Source: Desulfobulbus propionicus DSM 2032 (GTDB lineage Bacteria; Desulfobacterota; Desulfobulbia; Desulfobulbales; Desulfobulbaceae). Taken from it: a stretch of 32,000 nt of DNA. The stretch is taken from the NCBI RefSeq assembly GCF_000186885.1, contig NC_014972.1:810001-842000 (forward strand), in the 5' to 3' direction. The translations under genes were made by a program, and so were the position numbers. Of this stretch, positions 28,038 through 32,000 are shown one piece after another (within the stretch, counting starts at the first letter, position 1; every line of letters starts with the position of its first letter). The notes below the pieces were generated by a model. The model was not told the origin of the DNA, did no database searches, and saw only the letters and a program-made list of their open reading frames with translations.

Positions 28038-31000
28038 TTATCCGGCCGGGCGCTCGTCGGTTTTGGTTTCATTGTGGTGAGACGTTCGCTTTGCCCCGTG
28101 AATTGGAAGCACGACGGTGAACGTTGCCCCTTTTCCCAGACGACTCTCGACGCGAATTTCGCCTCCGTGCGCGTGCACGATGCCATGACTCACCGATAAC
28201 CCCAGCCCTGTCCCCTTGACCGCCTCCTTGGTGGAGAAGAACGGTTGAAAAATTCGATCCAGGTTTTCGGGCGCAATCCCTCCGCCGCTATCCTTGACCG
28301 CCACCGCCACCTTGTCCCCCTCCCGCCAGGTTCTGATCGCAACGACCCCGTTGCGGCGACCGCAGGCATCGCAGGCATTGGTTAACAGGTTGAGGAAGAC
28401 TTGCTTGATTTGGTCGGGGACAGCCTCGATTGCCGGCAGGTCGTCCGCGTAGTCACGTTCGACCCGGATCTGTTTTTTAGTGAATACATTTGTTTGCAGC
28501 AGAAGGAGAGAGTCGAGGGCCTGATGGATGTTCATTAGCGTTTTTCGTCCCGAAGAAGGACGATTGAATTCCTGTAGGCTGCGGATCAAATGTTTCATGC
28601 GTTCGCTTTCACCGATGGCGGCATCCACCAATTCTCTCTCCTCATCCTCAAGCGTTACCCATTTTTTCAACCCTTTGAGGACCGTCATGATGCCCTGGAG
28701 CGGGTTGTTGAATTCATGGGCAATGGAAGCGGAAAGCATGCCGATGGCGGAGAGCTTTTCCGCATGCAGCACCTGCTTTTGCGATTCCTGCAGTTCATGG
28801 GTGCGCTCTTCGACCTTTCGCTCCAGCTCAGCGTTCAGTACCCTGAGCTGCTCTTCGGCTTGTTTCAATCGAGAGATGTCGCGAGCCGCCGCAAAGACCC
28901 CGGTGACCTTATGCTCCTCGTCCGTCAGCACCGTGGCATTGTAGAGAACCGGAGTCACATGGCCGTCGCGGTGTCGGATTTCCAGGGGGAAGTCCCGCAC
29001 CATGCCCGTTTGAAATGCCTGCCGATAGCTGGCCTGTGCCTTGTCGGGTTCGGTGAAGTAGGCGCTGAAATCCGTGCCGATCATTTCCTCCCGGGAATAG
29101 CCGGTTGCCTGGCTGCTCGCCGCATTCACATCCCTGATCCTGCCTCCGGCGTCGATGGTCACCAGGGGATCGAGGTTGACCTCGATCAGCTTTCGGGCAT
29201 AGGCCTCCGCTTTCTGCAGCCGTTTTTCGCCGAGGAGACGTTCGGTGATGTCATGGACGATGGAAAAATTGAGTTGTTGATCCTGATAGACGATGGGCGT
29301 TGCATGGACTTCAACGGTCCGGATCCCTCCACTGGCCAAACGGTGAGGGACGATCATTTGCTTGATCGTCTGTGCCCGCAACTGCTGCATCAGCTCATCG
29401 ATCTGTTCTTGCGGGAGCATGTTGACCTGGTTGATGTTCATGGACCGCAGTTCTTCCCGGGAGTAGCCGTAGAATTGGGCGGCGGCCTCGTTCGCGTCTA
29501 AAATGGCACCGTTTGCAGGATCGACCAGAACCATGATCGAGCTATGCTGTTCAAACAGTTTGCGGAAATGCTCTTCTCTGGCAGCCAGGGTTTCGACCAG
29601 CCGTTTGTATGCGGTCATGTCTCTGGCGGTTGCATAGGTGAGTTTTTCCTCCTTGTCGACATAACCACGCCACGAGAGCCAACAGATCGTTCCGTTCTTT
29701 CGCAGGTAGCGGTTTTCGAAATCGAGGATCACGCCTTCCCGCATCTGCCGGGCAGCCGCATCCAGTGTCCGCTGCCGGTCTTCGGCGTGGACAAAGTCCA
29801 TGTAGGGTCGTTCGAGCAGTTCGGATTCCGAGTACCCAAGCAGCTCGATGCCGGCCGGGTTGATTTTCTTGAAACAACCCTGCTTCAGGTCGGCAATGCA
29901 CATCAGGTCGGAGGAGGTGGCGAACAGTCTGAAATACTGTTCCCGCTCCTTCTCGATCTCCATGCGCCGGGTAATGTCATGAATGATGGCGAAATTGACC
30001 GTTTTGTCATCGTATGGAATCGGTGTCGCGTTGACTTCCACCGTGCGGAGTGTTCCGTCGGCCAAACGATGCTGAAGGACTAATTGTCGCAGGTGCTCCT
30101 TGTTCACCTTGTATAGAGTGTCGGCGAGCGCATCGGGGGTCATGCAGACGATCTGCAGCAGGCTCATCCCCTGCATGTTTTCCCTGGAGTAGCCGTAGAA
30201 GCGGCTGGCGGCAACATTGACATCCTGGATGCAGCCGGTCGAGCCATCGACCAGGAGCATGATGGCGCTGTGTTTTTCGAACAGGCAACGAAACCGTTCT
30301 TCGCTGGCGACGAGTGCATCGGTCAACAGTTTCTGTTCACTGACATCACGGGTCACGCCACGAAAGCCAAGACACTCGCCATTGCCATTGAAGACAGGGA
30401 CCGCGCTGACATTCACCGTCAGCTGCTGTCCGTGCCGATGATGAACCGCATGTTGAAGCGATCTGAATGGCTGCTGGTTGGCGATAGTGGTCAGTACCTG
30501 CCGCCCGATGCCTTCTCGTTCATGCGCGGGAAGCAGGGCAATGCACTTCTCGCCGATGTATTCTTCGGGAGCGTAACCAGTCATGTCCGCAAATCGCGGG
30601 CTCAAGTACGTGAAACGTCCTTGAGCATCCGTTTCCCAGATGCATTCGCTGGTGGTTTCCACCAACGAGCGAAATTTCTCCTCGCTTTTCCGGAGTTGCT
30701 CCTCCAGCTGTTTGCGTTCGGTAATATCCCGCCCCACTCCCTGAATCTCGACCAGTTGTCCTGCCGCATCAAAGATGCCGCGATTGATGACCTGTACCCA
30801 GCGAACAGTTCCCGCCGCATCATAAACGCGGCTTTCGATGGTGACCACGGGGTTGGCCGGGGAAAGCTCCTGGAGTGCGGCATGGATCATGGGAATGTCT
30901 TCGGCGACCGCCTCGGGATACCAAGCCCTGCCGATCAACTCCTGTTCTGTTTGGCCAAAAAATCGGCAAAACACTTCATTGACAAAGGTATAGGCATGGT

Positions 31001-32000
31001 CATCGGGCTTGAAGCGGGCGATCATCTCCGTCTGATCTTCCACCACGGATCGGTAGCGGTGTTCGCTGGCCTGCAGCGCTTTCACCGCCTGTTCCAGTTC
31101 GATGGTCCCCTCCGCCACTTGTTGCTGCAGGTTGTTGGCGAGCAGTTTTGCGGCTAGCTCCGCTTGCTTGCGAACGGTGATATTGCTGGCGGCGCCAAAC
31201 CACTCAACAATATTTCCCTGTTCGTCGAGCAGGGGAATGGCTCTTGAAGAGGTCCATCCCGGACTTCCATCTGTCTGCAAGACCTGATGTTCCAGGGTAA
31301 AAGTGCTTTTGGTGCGGATCGCCTGATCGATGACGGCAAGGACATGGTCCTGGTCTTGCGGACGGATATACCGTTCAAGCCAATGCCGACTGGGAGAGTC
31401 CGTATCGGCAATGAAATCTTTGCCGTACAGCAACTTCATTTCCCGCCAATCGGGACTCATACAGTACACGACGTCCGAGCTGGCCAAGGTCAATGCCCGA
31501 AAGCGTTGCTCGCTCTTGTGCAGACGCTCTTCCATCTGTTTGCGTTCAGTGAGGTCGGTGATGACGCCTTCCAAACGCAGTGGAGCGCCGTGCCGGTCAT
31601 GACTGAATCGCCCCCGCGCCGAAATCCACCGCAGGGAGCCGTCCGGCCAGAGGATGCGGTACTCGAGATCGAGATCCTTCCGCTTCTCCATGGCCTCGCG
31701 CACTTGCTGGTCGGCGCTCTCGCGGTCCTCGGGGAACAGTGAGTTCAGCCAATTAGCATAATTTGCCGGCATATCGGATGAAATCCCTGCAACTTGGCGA
31801 TACGAACCGGTCCAGACAACTTCCCCCGTGGTGATATTCCAATGAAAGGCGCCCATCCGGGCGGCATCGAGCGCCAGACGCAGCCGTTCTTCGCTCAGAC
31901 GCAGTGCTGCATCGGCGCGTTTACGCGCGGTAAGGTCAAGATGGGTTCCCACGATCCGGACCACCTTGCCATCCGACGCGCGCTTGAGCGGCAAGCCGCG
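28038..32000 (-). CDS. Multi-PAS sensor histidine kinase (at least 8 PAS/PAC modules, HisKA, HATPase_c), 5' end beyond the window
   Basis: Repeated S(E)xRFRxL...GxxRDITERK modules; HisKA ...EKLSAIGMLSASIAHEFNNPLQGIM; HATPase motifs LLTNACDACG, DSGGGIAPENLDRIFQPFFSTK, GTGLGLSVSHGIV. No TM segment or receiver domain is seen in the visible part. Confidence 0.93.
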   Translation of the reverse strand, partial: RGLPLKRASDGKVVRIVGTHLDLTARKRADAALRLSEERLRLALDAARMGAFHWNITTGEVVWTGSYRQVAGISSDMPANYANWLNSLFPEDRESADQQVREAMEKRKDLDLEYRILWPDGSLRWISARGRFSHDRHGAPLRLEGVITDLTERKQMEERLHKSEQRFRALTLASSDVVYCMSPDWREMKLLYGKDFIADTDSPSRHWLERYIRPQDQDHVLAVIDQAIRTKSTFTLEHQVLQTDGSPGWTSSRAIPLLDEQGNIVEWFGAASNITVRKQAELAAKLLANNLQQQVAEGTIELEQAVKALQASEHRYRSVVEDQTEMIARFKPDDHAYTFVNEVFCRFFGQTEQELIGRAWYPEAVAEDIPMIHAALQELSPANPVVTIESRVYDAAGTVRWVQVINRGIFDAAGQLVEIQGVGRDITERKQLEEQLRKSEEKFRSLVETTSECIWETDAQGRFTYLSPRFADMTGYAPEEYIGEKCIALLPAHEREGIGRQVLTTIANQQPFRSLQHAVHHRHGQQLTVNVSAVPVFNGNGECLGFRGVTRDVSEQKLLTDALVASEERFRCLFEKHSAIMLLVDGSTGCIQDVNVAASRFYGYSRENMQGMSLLQIVCMTPDALADTLYKVNKEHLRQLVLQHRLADGTLRTVEVNATPIPYDDKTVNFAIIHDITRRMEIEKEREQYFRLFATSSDLMCIADLKQGCFKKINPAGIELLGYSESELLERPYMDFVHAEDRQRTLDAAARQMREGVILDFENRYLRKNGTICWLSWRGYVDKEEKLTYATARDMTAYKRLVETLAAREEHFRKLFEQHSSIMVLVDPANGAILDANEAAAQFYGYSREELRSMNINQVNMLPQEQIDELMQQLRAQTIKQMIVPHRLASGGIRTVEVHATPIVYQDQQLNFSIVHDITERLLGEKRLQKAEAYARKLIEVNLDPLVTIDAGGRIRDVNAASSQATGYSREEMIGTDFSAYFTEPDKAQASYRQAFQTGMVRDFPLEIRHRDGHVTPVLYNATVLTDEEHKVTGVFAAARDISRLKQAEEQLRVLNAELERKVEERTHELQESQKQVLHAEKLSAIGMLSASIAHEFNNPLQGIMTVLKGLKKWVTLEDEERELVDAAIGESERMKHLIRSLQEFNRPSSGRKTLMNIHQALDSLLLLQTNVFTKKQIRVERDYADDLPAIEAVPDQIKQVFLNLLTNACDACGRRNGVVAIRTWREGDKVAVAVKDSGGGIAPENLDRIFQPFFSTKEAVKGTGLGLSVSHGIVHAHGGEIRVESRLGKGATFTVVLPIHGAKRTSHHNETKTDERPAG

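Overview
The window is mostly well-conserved chromosomal housekeeping DNA. The gene set looks like a Desulfobacterota or Desulfuromonadota-type anaerobe, which is an inference from gene content only. Left to right: the 3' end of a hotdog thioesterase; acyl-CoA dehydrogenase, a membrane Fe-S/CCG oxidoreductase, etfB and etfA; a Tim44-like protein (-); hflK-hflC; a zinc-ribbon hypothetical (-); citrate synthase; a DUF4139-type protein (-); a PilZ protein (-); DNA polymerase I (-); an HPF/RaiA plus cold-shock fusion (-); hemH; the rod-shape cluster mreB-mreC-mreD-mrdA(PBP2)-rodA (-); tRNA-Ala(GGC); and a very large multi-PAS histidine kinase (-) that runs off the right edge. The most informative accessory region is about 24941-27854. 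It is a decayed, roughly 2.8 kb integrated element next to the tRNA-Ala gene, flanked by an 83-bp direct repeat (81/83 by eye) that begins in the tRNA 3' end and includes a rho-independent terminator. It holds a frameshifted tyrosine-integrase N-terminus joined in frame to the C-terminal part of a DUF3631 (primase/helicase-associated) protein, an apparently intact HicAB toxin-antitoxin pair, an array of short CCGTAAC words, and four degenerate copies of a longer repeat of unknown function. I did not find convincing evidence for a complete, previously undescribed defence or mobile system. The unexplained repeat family and the integrase-DUF3631 chimera are the best leads.
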